Below are positions 24,811 to 38,845 of a stretch of DNA of 64,000 nucleotides, piece by piece. Positions within the stretch are counted from its first letter, which is position 1, and every line of letters begins with the position of its first letter. This DNA is from Octopus sinensis (lineage: Eukaryota). The stretch lies in contig NC_043004.1 of NCBI RefSeq assembly GCF_006345805.1, forward strand, positions 55,180,001-55,244,000, given 5' to 3'. Both the position numbers and the translations under genes were made by a program. Below the pieces are notes generated by a model. That model did no database searches. It had not been told where the DNA came from and was given only the letters and a program-made list of their open reading frames with translations.

Positions 24811-25128
24811 AACGATATGTTTTATTTTATACACATGCGTATTATAAAAGATAAATTTATTAGGTTATTATTTTGTATATTTTCATGTCTTACTCGATTA
24901 TGTTCTGGTGGTTTGCATAATTTCTCTAGAAAACATTCTTTTCTTTGTGGTTAGATCGTTGATGATCTTCTTTCTAGCATATTGGATGCCCACTTAGTGG
25001 TCATCCCTTATTATACGCATGTATTACAATTTTTCTGAATTTTCAGATTTTTCTATATATTAATTAAATTAATATTCAATTTATCACCCTCATTATTTAA
25101 ATTCTATATATATATATATATATATATA

Positions 25129-25177
<49 letters not shown>

Positions 25178-25189
<12 letters not shown>

Positions 25190-25421
25190 TGTATTTTGGG
25201 ACGGTCAGTTTTTAATTGTCAAATTAACACACGCACTATATATTCGTTCTTCACTGGTTTATTACTTATTCTAACTCATGTTCACTGTCTGGAAATCTTC
25301 CGTGACCTACTCACCGACACTTTCCTTCTTTGTGTGAGTTCTTACTCCGCTCATTCTATTCTGTTCTAAGATGTGTATCCTTATATGCGCATGGGTTTGC
25401 GCGTGCGCGCGCGCGTGTACA

Positions 25422-25464
<43 letters not shown>

Positions 25465-25707
25465 TATGTATGTATTGTATTTTGGGACGGTCAGTTTTTA
25501 ATTGTCAAATTAACACACGCACTATATATTCGTTCTTCACTGGTTTATTACTTATTCTAACTCATGTTCACTGTCTGGAAATCTTCCGTGACCTACTCAC
25601 CGACACTTTCCTTCTTTGTGTGAGTTCTTACTCCGCTCATTCTATTCTGTTCTAAGATGTGTATCCTTATATGCGCATGGGTTTGCGCGTGCGCGCGCGC
25701 GTGTACA

Positions 25708-25745
<38 letters not shown>
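25178..25745. repeat. Direct tandem duplication of ~285 bp between (TG)n tracts
   Basis: 25178-25460 and 25463-25745 appear identical outside the microsatellite. Confidence 0.85.
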
Positions 25746-25752
<7 letters not shown>

Positions 25753-26502
25753 ATCATTGTTATTAGTAGCACTATGACCTTCCCTCCCCTGTTGCCGCTG
25801 CTGCTGCCTTTGAACCCAAGCTTTGGTACCGTTCCTGTATCTCTCTGTGTTTGTATGCCATCGTGGTGGTAGCTGTTGTTGTTGTTGCCATTGTTGTTAC
25901 TGTTGTTGCTGTTGTCGTTGTTGGTCGTGTTGTTGATATTGTTGCGGCCGTCTGTGAAGTTACTGTATGTGTGTTTGTGTGTGGACATGGGTTAGCTTCC
26001 TATGTTGTTTGTATCTGTGCTCTTTATGCAGTTTTTTTTATCTATCTCTATTTCATACATCTATCATAGGGATATGTGTATTAGTCTATTGTGTGTGTAT
26101 CACACTGTTTGTATCCGAGTTTTTTTCTTCCTTCTGTTTTTAGTCGTCATGTTGTATGGTGTGGTGGTGGTTGTTATTGTTCCATCCGTGTTTGCTGTTG
26201 ACGCTCTGTCTGTCTATTGCTATGCGTGTAGCCTCTGTGATCTAAGTGTCGTGTCAGTTCTATGCGCTGATAATACCTTAACTTCTATGCTATTAACCGA
26301 GCCTCTATGTTCTGGTTGAGCATGTTGGTAGAGCGTTGACGAACCTTTCTCTTCTTTTAGCTCTCACCAGTGTTCAACTATACGTTCCCCTCTGCTGCGT
26401 GCTGTCTATCCAATGTAAGTAGTTGTCACGTTTCTGCACCGTCCCTCAGTACATCGTAAGCTATACACTATATTCCTAACCTTACAAACACACACACGCA
26501 CG

Positions 26503-26551
<49 letters not shown>

Positions 26552-26937
26552 ACACACACACACACACAGACACAGACACACAGACACACATAAATATATA
26601 TAATTTTTATCTCTCTCTCTGACTGTTTCCCCTTTTCATTCCCTCCCTACTTTTGTCCTTCTTTTGACGAATGACTAACGTACGAAATGTCGAGGCACTT
26701 TCTCTTACCATTAAAGCGTTAAGCTAATACTGAATTTATTAAACCTTGTACCGTCTCGTGTTGCTGTTTTACACACACACACACATGAAACCCCTCACAC
26801 GCACACACACATACATACACAAGCATATTTGTGTAGTTTGTAGCACGAATATAGGGATTCCAGCAAACGTGGCATTCACATCCTGTAGACATTGTTATAA
26901 CTTTTCCTGTCATATGTGTATGTGTGCGTGTGCGTGT

Positions 26938-26968
<31 letters not shown>

Positions 26969-26971
26969 CAT

Positions 26972-27264
26972 AAAACAGAGTGATGGATACGCGCCACTTC
27001 ATTACAGCAGTTTCCAACGGATTTCTTTAATAAATTAATGAGTACATTACATAATAAGTGCCTGGATTCCAAGCCAGCTTCGGCTGGGCTCAAGTTCGAC
27101 TGGGCCACTGTGGTAAAGTGGTGTTCTCATATTGTTTCGAAGTGTTATGTATCATCTGATGAAAGCGGTTTTCTTAGTTATAATGTAATGTACTCATTAA
27201 TGTATTAAAGAAATCCGTTGGAAACAGATGTAATGAAGTGATACGTATCCATCATTTTGTTATT
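26972..27264. mobile_element. MITE-like element with ~85-bp imperfect terminal inverted repeats (duplicate copy at ~28166-28455)
   Basis: gatggatac..cacttcattaca..gtttccaacggatttctttaata..ttaatgagtacattaca appears at the left end and as its reverse complement at ~27178-27264. Confidence 0.65.
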
Positions 27265-27292
27265 TATTTATTTATTCGTTCGTAATACATAT

Positions 27293-27448
27293 AGGCGCAG
27301 GAGTGACTGTGTGGTAAGAAGCTTGCTTCTCAACCACATTGTTCTGGGTTCAGTCCCACCGCGAGGCACCTTGGCGTGTGTTTTCTGCTATAGCCTCGGG
27401 CTGACCAAAGCCTTGTGAGTGGATCTGGTAGACGGAGGCTGAAGGAGG
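27293..27448 (+). mobile_element. SINE family B 5' half (duplicate copy at ~28486-28650)
   Basis: tRNA-like head ggcgcaggagtgactgtgtggtaag...gggttcagtccc, truncated at (TA)n. Confidence 0.8.
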
Positions 27449-27454
27449 CACGTC

Positions 27455-27518
<64 letters not shown>

Positions 27519-27666
27519 GTAAATATAAGAGAGTAACCACTATGTGGTCGACTCTAGCACTAAAAATAGATCCGCTAGGTCTGGTTTTTATGCACTAAGC
27601 CACTTGGTGTTAAATGGATGTGCTATTAAATTAGTATCCAATTTTCTCACCCTTATTAGTTGATTA

Positions 27667-27702
<36 letters not shown>

Positions 27703-28128
27703 TGTATGTATGTATGTATATATATACTAGACTATCCATGACCCATTGGGTTGCCTGGAAAATCTGAGTTTCTCAGCAACGGAGTTTTGTTTTGTGGGGT
27801 TTCTTTTCATTTTCAGGTTATTTCGCATACTTTCAACAAATGCGACATCGAAATCACGCGTAAATGGCTCCTTTCCGCGGAAAAGGAAAGATTTTGTTGC
27901 TATTTCTTGCACACGCCCTACTACCACGCTAGAGGTATTTCGAGTCCTTTATTGCAAAAAATTTGGTAATGGTATTCCCTTGGGGCGATCATTCGCTTTG
28001 ACTCTCAGAACTGTCATCCGATTCAGCCGGTTTTGTTCGTTAATTTCCGTAAAATTTATTTATTTATTTATTTATTTATTTTTGTTTTAAAGTGAAAGAT
28101 GTATGAAAGTGGATCTGAAATGGACGTC

Positions 28129-28163
<35 letters not shown>

Positions 28164-28657
28164 ATAAAACAGAGTGATGGATACGCGCCACTTCATTACA
28201 GCAGTTTCCAACGGATTTCTTTAATAAATTAATGAGTACATTACATAATAAGTGCCTGGATTCCAAGCCAGCTTCGGCTGGGCTCAAGTTCGACTGGGCC
28301 ACTGTGGTAAAGTGGTGTTCTCATATTGTTTCGAAGTGTTATGTATCATCTGATGAAAGCGGTTTTCTTAGTTATAATGTAATGTACTCATTAATGTATT
28401 AAAGAAATCCGTTGGAAACAGATGTATGAAGTGATACGTATCCATCATTTTGTTATTTATTTATTTATTCGTTCGTAATACATATAGGCGCAGGAGTGAC
28501 TGTGTGGTAAGAAGCTTGCTTCTCAACCACATTGTTCTGGGTTCAGTCCCACCGCGAGGCACCTTGGCGTGTGTTTTCTGCTATAGCCTCGGCTGACCAA
28601 AGCCTTGTGAGTGGATCTGGTAGACGGAGGCTGAAGGAGGCACGTCGTACATATATA

Positions 28658-28717
<60 letters not shown>

Positions 28718-28876
28718 TATATATATACGTAAATATAAGAGAGTAACCACTATGTGGTCGACTCTAGCACTAAAAATAGATCCGCTAGGTCTGGTTTTTA
28801 TGCACTAAGCCACTTGGTGTTAAATGGATGTGCTATTAAATTAGTATCCAATTTTCTCACCCTTATTAGTTGATTA

Positions 28877-28912
<36 letters not shown>

Positions 28913-29343
28913 TGTATGTATGTATGTATATATATACTAGACTATCCATGACCCATTGGGTTGCCTGGAAAATCTGAGTTTCTCAGCAACGGAGTTTTGT
29001 TTTGTGGGGTTTCTTTTCATTTTCAGGTTATTTCGCATACTTTCAACAAATGCGACATCGAAATCACGCGTAAATGGCTCCTTTCCGCGGAAAAGGAAAG
29101 ATTTTGTTGCTATTTCTTGCACACGCCCTACTACCACGCTAGAGGTATTTCGAGTCCTTTATTGCAAAAAATTTTGGTAATGGTATTCCCTTGGGGCGAT
29201 CATTCGCTTTGACTCTCAGAACTGTCATCCGATTCAGCCGGTTTTGTTCGTTAATTTCCGTAAAATTTATTTATTTATTTATTTATTTATTTATTTTTGT
29301 TTTAAAGTGAAAGATGTATGAAAGTGGATCTGAAATGGACGTC

Positions 29344-29421
<78 letters not shown>

Positions 29422-30169
29422 TGCCACTTACACTTACGTGAGAGCACAAACGTTCATTCTCTCTCTTTCTCTCACACACATGCACACGTAGGTACAAAAA
29501 TGATGTACACATATGTATTGATGTATGTACATATACATGACAACACACCCCTTCACTCACACTCTCTCTCTCTTTTTCTCTCTCTCTTTCCTCTCTCTCT
29601 TTTTCTCTCTCTCTTTCCTCTCTCTCTTTTTCTCTCTCTCTTTGTCTCTCTCTTTTCTGTCTCTCTCTTTTTCTCTCTCTCTATTGTAGCATATGGCTTG
29701 AAGTTTATAGACATTCATTCTCATACTATATTGATACAAATCTATCTATTTACGACGCTATTCTAGTACTATGAGAGACAATGCTTCTCTAAAGACCTCC
29801 CTACATACTTTGAACTAGTTCTACTTAAACATTTATCCGACGTCTCTTTGCCATCGGATAACGTTTTAAAATTTTATGAATTGAAGACCTCATAGAATGA
29901 ATATTTTTGTCGTCTGCAAATGTTTACCGATTGCTCATTGATGACTGGTCCAAGATAACTGATAGCTTTTGTAAAAAAAGACAGTATTTAGTTTCTACTT
30001 AGTTGTACGAAGAAGACTTCTAATTTTCTAATTTCTGTAACGTAATATATGATATATGCTTCAAGTATATGCTTGTTCAAATTTTGAGACTCATACACAT
30101 ACGCACACACACACACTACATATACATATGTGTGTGTATGTAGATGTGTATATGCGCATGCAGGTATGT

Positions 30170-30175
30170 ATGTAC

Positions 30176-30252
<77 letters not shown>

Positions 30253-30267
30253 ATATAATATATTATA

Positions 30268-30302
<35 letters not shown>

Positions 30303-30579
30303 TATATATATATTTATATATTATATTTATTATATATATATTTATATATATATATATTATATATATTATTTATATATATATATATAATATATATATAATA
30401 TATATTATATATATATATATTATATATATATTATATATATATATTTATATATAATATATTATATATATATATTATATATATATATATATTTATATATTTA
30501 TATATTTATATTTATATATTTATATTTATATATTTATATATATATATTTTATATAATATATATTATATTTATATATTTA

Positions 30580-30650
<71 letters not shown>

Positions 30651-30660
30651 TTTATATATA
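30170..30660. repeat. Long imperfect (TA)n array
   Basis: Direct reading. Confidence 0.95.
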
Positions 30661-31049
30661 GATTTAGATGTGTGTGTGCATACATGCATGCATATATCTA
30701 TATATTTATATCTATGCCTGATTCTGTCTATTCATCTACCTATCTCCCACTTTCTCTTTCTCGCTCCGCGTATATATATATGTATGTATGCATTGCATAC
30801 ATACATAATACTTTGATGCACACACATTAATAGGGATGTCTCCTTTTATTATGATGCATTAGATAGGTGTGTTTTTAGTGAAAAATTCGTTTATATGGAT
30901 ATGACTCTAATTAATATGTAGCAGAGTAAAACCAGGAAGAGTAAGGTAATTTGGCCTAATCTACCATACTCTTAAATCTATGACGAACATAATCTGAAAA
31001 TCACACGCCCCATCTATAATATAACGTCATTACCTACCAACACAAGAAT

Positions 31050-32690
31050 ATTATAAACTCTTCAACTCCCGCAACGTCAAAGTGAGTTATTCTTATCTGA
31101 ATGACATAATTTCCCATATCACATTTCTAAGCAGTCTCCATCTTGTTCAACTTGCCACCTTAAAATTTCATCTATCTTTTTGTTTGGGAGACCCTACACT
31201 TCTTAAGAAATCGTAACACCTATTTTCAAATCAAATATTTTGGAGTAGTGTTTCCTTCAACACCCCTACTATTTCAGACCAAAGGACACATTTTGTCAGA
31301 AATTTACTGACAATGGTTTGATTTAAATGGATACAAATACGTAGGCTTTGTCTAACTGAGAACCTCTAGAGCCTAAAGCAATTTGCAAGAGATCTTAGAA
31401 GTATTATTTAACCGCCACCACTTGAAATGGTTGCTGGTGTCATTTAAAATGAAGAACTGTTTTAATTTTTAAAATCACCTTTCCCATTGACATTTTTACG
31501 CAACGAATTTATGTACTTTTTCAAGTTAATTTATCTAAGTAAAGCTGGATTGCATAATCAGTACATCAGGAAAATGATTTTCGGTTTTTGTTACATCCCT
31601 TTACTATCTGAATTCAAATGCTGCCGAAATCATTTAGCGGATTAAGAGTCGAGCTAAATGACAGAAAGACAACGAACAAGAACAGAAGTTGCGCACAAGT
31701 AGCTATTCTCTACATGACAGGTCAAGCGTGTAAAATATTGCCAAGAAGCAAAGTGACATTTAAAAACATATTAAAGAAAAGATGCTTTAAGTAACAATTA
31801 ATATTTTATTAAATCACCAGTACTTCCATATTTTTTCACTTTAAACTACTTTTCAAGGAACCTGATTGTCATATTTAATTTTGACAAAAAAATTCTGTAC
31901 TGTTAAGTAAAATATTTGTTTGTCAACAGAAGACTCTTGTCTGTAGCTTCTAATGTATTGGCCCTTTCTTCGGAACACAGAGTCTTTATTATAGAAGATA
32001 CTGGTTCAACTAATGCAGAAGTAGTGGGAAAATAATGTATATATTCTTGCAATGAGTCAACCCCCATCCCAGAAAAAAAAGAAAGAAAAGCCGATTTTCC
32101 CCTTTCCTTCACACTTAAAGTTTCTGGCCCAAAACTTTGCTTTAGAAGACTCCCAAATTCTTTGCAATAATAATTTCGTCTAATATTTGATGAATATTTA
32201 CTATTACCTTTCCAGTCCATAATTTGGTCTTAACTACAGACTGCTCAGTATTGCCTACGGGATGGGGATCTAGAATTAATCACACAAATATTTCCACCGC
32301 TTCGGAGTTCTCTATCCAGTGGTCTAGATATGTGAGACATCTTCTGAAAACTTTTCACTATTTTATTCAGATTTTCTAAGTCAGATCTTTGCGTATTCAA
32401 GTGCAGATCCATATTTTTTCTTTCGTTTAAAGCAGTCTTTGTATTTAAACTCCAGTTTGTAAAGAAATCTTTTCGTTGGTGTAGTTCTTCATAGTATAAA
32501 AGCTTGGAATTCTTACATCTTCCATTCAAACTACAAGGTGTGCTCAGTTCATTCTGCAATGCTGTAAGAGAGCTATCAACATTTGTTATCATTAAGACTT
32601 TACCGAAGTTCACATTGTCTCCCCGAGAGATACGCAAATTTAGTCGGAGACACTTTGTTGAAAGCCTTCCAGATGATAAAACATGTTTTC
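31050..32690 (-). pseudogene. Unidentified degenerate coding sequence (weak cGAS/Mab-21-like resemblance)
   Basis: Track ORFs 32245-32637 and 31903-32220 are in the same frame: 245 codons, separated by 2 stops. Protein-like reading continues downstream with stops and frameshifts. Confidence 0.35.
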
Positions 32691-33568
32691 AATATAATGT
32701 CCGTCAATCCATCCATCCATCCATCCATCCATCCATCCATCCATGCACATGCATATACGTTCATATACACATATATAGTTTCTGCTGGACTAACAACTGG
32801 GGTATTAGTTTTCACTTTGAAGGATGTACTTTTGTAATACTGTACAGGAAATAATACTATACAGAAATTACCACAAAATATCTGAAGCTCAAAAGGGAAA
32901 GATATGCTGTAAACAACCTTGATGCGACAATCGCTGAAGGTTCTGTGGGGATTGACAGTATGTCATCCACATCATAAGTAACTGTCCGATGCTGTCATCG
33001 TAGTATTATCTACCTATGAGGCATGATGCTATGAACTAGGACATTTTATAAGGAAATCTGTAGAAAGGAAAATTCTGAGGATACAGATATAAGAAGATAT
33101 AGAATGGGGAGAGCATAATCGCAGCATTATATGAAAGAATCGTGAAGGAATGTTCCTATTAAGACTTCAATAAAATGCAAACATAATAAACTAGGCACAA
33201 TGATCTGTGGAAGTGGAAAAACGAACTATGCAAAGTTTTAAGTTGTTAGATAAATTCGTTCGTTTTTTTACTACTTGGCTCTCCATCATCATATATCTGA
33301 AAACAGAAAACAAAATTCAAATTTAAAAAGAGATAAACATAAGTTGTTGAGGAAGAACAGAGCTTCAAAAACACGTAAAAGACTGCAGTATTAATATTTA
33401 TCGTGTTAATTCATATAACATAGCAAAAATTAAAATAAGCACCTAAAAACGAATGAACTTATCTGACAATCCAGCAGCTAGAGTCAGTTGTCAATATCAC
33501 GTTTATTGGTTAGTAGAAAGAAATCACTGCCGAACCGATGAGGAAGCAGCAGTTATTTCATCCGGACT

Positions 33569-33892
33569 GTGGAAGCACTCCGTCGGTTACGACGACGAGG
33601 GTTCCGGTTGATCCGAATCAACGGAACAGCCTGCTCGTGAAATTAACGTGTAAGTGGCTGAGCACTCCACAGACACGTGTACCCTTAACGTAGTTCTCGG
33701 GGATATTCAGCGTGACACAGAGAGTGACAAGGCCAGCCCTTTGAAATACAGGTACAACAGAAACAGGAAGTAAGACTGAGAGAAAGTTGTGGTGAAAGAG
33801 TACAGCAGGGATCACCACCATCCCCTGCCGGAGCCTCGTGGAGCTTTAGGTGTTTTCGCTCAATAAACACTCACAACGCCCGGTCTGGGAAT
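33569..33892 (-). mobile_element. SINE-like element (family C) with 10-bp TSD
   Basis: CATCCGGACT at 33559-33568 and 33893-33902 flanks a GC-richer ~325-bp insert. Confidence 0.75.
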
Positions 33893-34362
33893 CATCCGGA
33901 CTATAGTTTTAGATTTCAACGCACAATTTTTGGAGCCTTTGTCTACGTGACTAACTGCCTCGTTAACAATCTCGAGAAATTGAGCTTCAAAAAATTAGAA
34001 TCAACAGGCTTTATCAGAATATTACAGCTATACAGGCTATGAAAGGGTTTGCTAAAATATGTAACACGTTCAGGAAGATCAACATCTGATTAGATGCAAA
34101 CATATGCAATGACTGCAATACCTGCATCCATATTCGACGGTGCACACACACACACACACCACACACACACACACACACACGTATTCATACTACTGCACAT
34201 ACATATATGTGTGTATGCACAGATGCATACATGCACATATATATGCGTACATGCATTCATGCATACATCAAACTCACATATATCGCATCCGCCATATGTT
34301 ATTTATGAAATGATCACAGTATTTCAACTCCATTTTAAACCGTCACTATCTCTATTAGAGCG

Positions 34363-34413
<51 letters not shown>

Positions 34414-34421
34414 ATATATAT

Positions 34422-34467
<46 letters not shown>

Positions 34468-35009
34468 ATTTATAAACAACAAAAGATCTTGAGTAAGTTG
34501 AGAAATAAAATATTTAGAAAGATCAATCAGGCAGTAACAACGGAAAGGTCTGCTTCAAGACAGACAGCAAAACACTAACATTTAAAAGGGACAGACGAAC
34601 TTGCGAGCTGAATAAAAATAATAAAATATTGGAAACCAAAGTTTGAAGGGATAGAATTTGAGGATAGTAGAGTCACCATGGCTGGCATTTCTTAACGACG
34701 GACAGCAACGTATTTACAGTTCAACGGCTGGCGTAAAATTTTGAACTTGATGTAAAAGAAAATCCCTAAAAACCAAGTTTTGAATTGATTCTTTCTCACG
34801 ACAGTAGACTCACCATGGCAAGCATTCAAAACTTCTTCATCATGGACGGCAACACATTGACGCAAATTTTTTAGCTTGATGTAACAGAGAATTGCTAAAC
34901 ACCCGCTCCTTTAAATTTTAATCCCCTTCCAGCCCCATTTCACATTTTGGTTAATATAACCCGATTTCATTTGGGTCTACTGGGGCCACATTTTATAAGA
35001 TGAGGACTC

Positions 35010-35160
35010 AACCAAGTTTCCCAAGTTCTGGTCATAGACCATAGAACAGTCAAGCAAGTTTCCCGAGTTCTGGTCATAGACCATAGAACAGTCAAGCAAG
35101 TTTCCCGAGTTCTGGTCATAGACCATAGTACACTCAACCAAGTTTCCCGAGTTCTGGTCA
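35010..35160. repeat. 42-bp minisatellite, ~3.5 units
   Basis: caagtttcccgagttctggtcatagaccatagaacagtcaag repeated. Confidence 0.85.
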
Positions 35161-36361
35161 TTTGCAGAATAAATAGAGACGGCGGAGGTGGCAGACGTCG
35201 TTGCAATGTAAACATGATTTGTTATAAGAGAAAGATTGTTCAGATTGTGTGTTGTTGTTGGTAGTGGCGATGATAATTATCTTTAAGAATGGAGATAAAG
35301 AGAAATTGAATGGGAGTTAGAGGTAGAAAGAGAAGGTGTAAATTTTGGAGTGAATCCGACGGGATGTAGTGGGCTTTAACCCCGGCAAAAAATAATATCT
35401 GTTGCGTTTCTGAAAGAGGTGAAGTAGGAATACGTAACTTTTGCGGCTGGTCATTGATAGACTCGTTGTAGAATAAATAGAGACGGCGAAAAAAGAGAAG
35501 AGCTCGAGAAGAAAAGGTGATATATGAAAGAGGAGGACGGGAAAATGAAATATTTGCAATGTAAACATGATTTGTTTGTTTTAAGAGAAAGATTGTCATG
35601 ATTGTGTGTTGGTGGTGTTGGTGGTGGCGATGATAATTATCATTAGGAAAAAGAGTGAGTGAGTGAGGAAGACATACATAAGTTGTGGCGATGATAATTG
35701 TAGACCCCTTTTCACATTTTGATGAAGAGAACCCGATTTCATTCGGGTGTACTGGGGCCACATATAGGTGTGTGTGTGTGTGTGTGTGTGTGCATGCTGT
35801 AGAAATTAAATTAGAGATAAAACCACTAATAGGGAAATGAAATAGTAAAAAACCCCAAAAAAAACATAAAAATAAAAATATAATATTAGGTATATGTATA
35901 TATATGTGTGGTGTGTGTGGTGTGTGTGTGTGTGTTGACAGGTAGACAATAATAGAATGCGATGGCGATGGCGATAGCGATGTAATATTTGTTTCTGTCT
36001 ATGAACGCTGATAGATACATGAGTAAAATGTATAGGAAGCTAAGAGATAGAGTGAGTGAAAATGTTGTTTGGAAGAGAGGAAATAGCGAGAGCGAGAGAG
36101 TGATTGAGGAAGACTTTACATTAAATAACGGTAGTGGCATTGTGAAATGAAGAGGAGTGAGAGGGTACTGGAGGAAATAGGGTGAGTGAGGAAGATGGCC
36201 CCTAGCAACCATACCTTTTAAGATAGGGATTTCTAAGGTATCCCACGAGCATCGTCACCTCATTCTACATGTCACTGTAAATTTTGGAGCGAATCGGACG
36301 GGATGTAGTGGCATTGAAAGCGATCCAAGCGGTAAAAACGCATTTGTTTTATATATAGAAG

Positions 36362-36392
<31 letters not shown>

Positions 36393-36942
36393 TGTGTGTA
36401 TTTGTGCTTATGTAAGTATAGGTATATATTACTAACAAACATGCACATGCACACACATATTTATGTGTAGATAAAACGTTTTCTCTCACACAAGTAAAGA
36501 TATGGCAAAAAATTGCGATGTAAGATGCACATAGGTTTAATTTTCTTCATTTCTCAAGCCGTTTCTACAATTATTATGATTAATCAGGCGAAGAAGAGAG
36601 TAAAGTACGATTTTTATTCTTTTTTTTTCAAAAAGTAATATTAGCGGTGATTATCAAATTAGATATTGCATGGCAACAGCTAATTAGATGCAGTTTGTAT
36701 TTCTTAATAAAGAAAAATTATTTTTTATTCTTATTTATTCCTAGCTTATACTTTATTCTTTCGTGTTTACTTGGAGATATTGTAACTATATTGGCTCAAG
36801 GGAAAACTTGGCATTTAGGAAACTAAACAGTTAGGAAACTAAACATAAACTTGGATATCACATTCCTTGTCGCTGAACAGACACTCTTATCAAACTTATT
36901 GTTTATCCTGTATATTTTTCGTTACGTCTGTTATATTTCTTA

Positions 36943-37327
36943 TCTTTATATATAAAAGTGAAGTTGTGTGTCTGTCTCCTACGATTTAGATTCCTAACTA
37001 CTCCCACATTTTGCGGTGCAGGTTAACGAAAAGCGGGTATCTTATAGTCGTGATTCATATCGAGCCCTTCTGGGTATTAGTGCGCGTCTACGATGAGTAT
37101 ACGATTTTAAAAATAATTTACCATCATTTCTTTCCATTTTAATGCATTTTTTCGCTATTATATAAGGGAAGTAACTCTCTAAAAATGTCTACGAAGTGTC
37201 AACGATTAAAAAAAAATTACCATCATTTTTTTCTCCATTTTTTTGCTATTTTTTGGCTATAACTCTCTAAAAATACTTTATAGTTATTTCCCTTACAAAT
37301 CCGAGCAACGCCGGGCGATACTGCTAG
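36943..37327 (+). mobile_element. Non-autonomous Helitron, family 2 copy 2
   Basis: Homologous to 20196-20595; A|TC ... hairpin-CTAG|T. Confidence 0.8.
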
Positions 37328-37384
37328 TTAAATATATATTAAATTCATCGAGGCATAAGTAATATTAATCCTTTCGGCAGTTAT

Positions 37385-38150
37385 ATGTCACGGTTTAAAT
37401 TCATAAGTAATGCTTGGAATAAGATTAATACAGGTTCTGCAGTTAGGGTATCCACATTTTTTGACTTCTGGAGTTATAGTTTCAGTTGGTAATTGGGTGC
37501 TGTTTTATATTTGTGCTTTTGCATTTTAATTGCCCATTTTTCATTTTCGGATTTTTTCTTTTTTAGCGATATATTTTGGTGAATGATGTGTACATCTATA
37601 TTTTTCTGTTTGTCTATTTTTTGGTTTGTCTATTGATACACAAGCTAAAGTCTTGACTATATTCGAAGTAGCTTTAAGCCTTCGAGATTCCTGAATATTT
37701 ATTGCTTTAGTGCGTTCTATTCCGAAATTAATTAGAGTTGCTGGATACTGTTATTCGAGTAATATTTTACTTAATTCTCTAAGTCATCTATCACAAGTTC
37801 CTGAAATATATACAACAGAATAGATTCTTCTCTGCAAGTTGATTGGTGAATTTGTTTCGTATGTTTAGAACAGCAAGAAGTAAATAACAAATATTGCTTT
37901 GAGCCTGTTGGTTTGAAGTAGACGTCAGTTTTTCTGTCCGTGTCTCTTTTACAGACTAAAATCTCCTCTCCAAAAAGACATAATAAATCTAGTTTCCTTA
38001 TTCTACCTAACTGCTTACAGTATTTCCGAACGACTACATAAGATTAAGGAATGTATATTTAATAAGAAACACAAACCTCGTCTAGAGAGAAGTTGCTATG
38101 CAACGAAAATACGACAATCGTCGTTGACACAACCACTATATGAAAACAGA
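37385..38150 (-). mobile_element. Penelope-like element remnant (RT thumb and Cys linker)
   Basis: TDVYFKPTGSKQYLLFTSC..QYPATLINFGIE and PEVKKCGYPNCRTC read on the - strand with stops. Confidence 0.65.
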
Positions 38151-38339
38151 CAAGTAAAGATCATCATTTATATTTGCTTTGGTCCATGATTAATCGTAAT
38201 AAATGTAAGATCCATGGCGAAAATGAGAAATTGAAGAAAATTAAAGAAATGTATGTGCATTTCCACCTGGATATTTTTTCTCTCTGTAAACACACACACA
38301 CACACACACACTAACTTAAAAGAACCTCCCATAACTTAA

Positions 38340-38845
38340 AAGCCGCACTCCGTGCGGACTTTTCAGCTGGCTCTTGCCGAGGGGTAATTGGGACTGTGGT
38401 CCCCAAAAGCATTCATTGGTATTCTACGATCTCAGATTCATATCACAGAGTATCACATTTGGAGAATTCTGTATCACTGTGACATTTGGAGATCACTGTA
38501 AAGAAGCAGGATAAACAATATTCTTGGTTTTACCATTTGGTGTGAGTATGAAGAGATAGTTGTCATTTCTAAATCTGGAACAACCAGCATTGAGATGACC
38601 ATAGGAATAGCACTGCTGCATGAGGTGAAGTCCAACAATTTTCAGTGATTGTTCTTCACTCTTTTTAATTGACATTGCCAAACTGGAACATTTCTTACTG
38701 GAAATAGAAATCTCTTGAATTTAAAGGGCATGTCTGCTGAAATCAGTGGAATTCTTGGAATAAAAGCATTTTCTCCCTTTCCTTGTCCAATGAGGATTGT
38801 TGCTTCCAAAAGATGTGGATGTATTTACCTGACAATCCTTCAACA
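38340..38845 (-). mobile_element. Helitron helicase C-terminus and probable 3' hairpin
   Basis: FIPRIPLISADMPFKFKR..FPV, AMSIKKSEEQSL ([10 protein letters not shown]-like), GKTKNIVY. Hairpin ccgcac-gga-gtgcgg near 38345. Confidence 0.8.

Larger units (their letters stand above)
26968..29381. repeat. Direct tandem duplication of ~1.19 kb
   Basis: 26968-28161 versus 28162-29381. The differences I saw are single-base indels and microsatellite length. Confidence 0.9.

Noticed and set aside
27293-27370. tRNA genes at SINE heads
   Set aside because: A/B-box-like heads continue into SINE bodies and do not give a full cloverleaf.
37360-37380. Possible piggyBac left end (ttaatcctttcg)
   Set aside because: Poor match to the 20087 terminus, and the adjacent sequence is better explained as a Penelope remnant.
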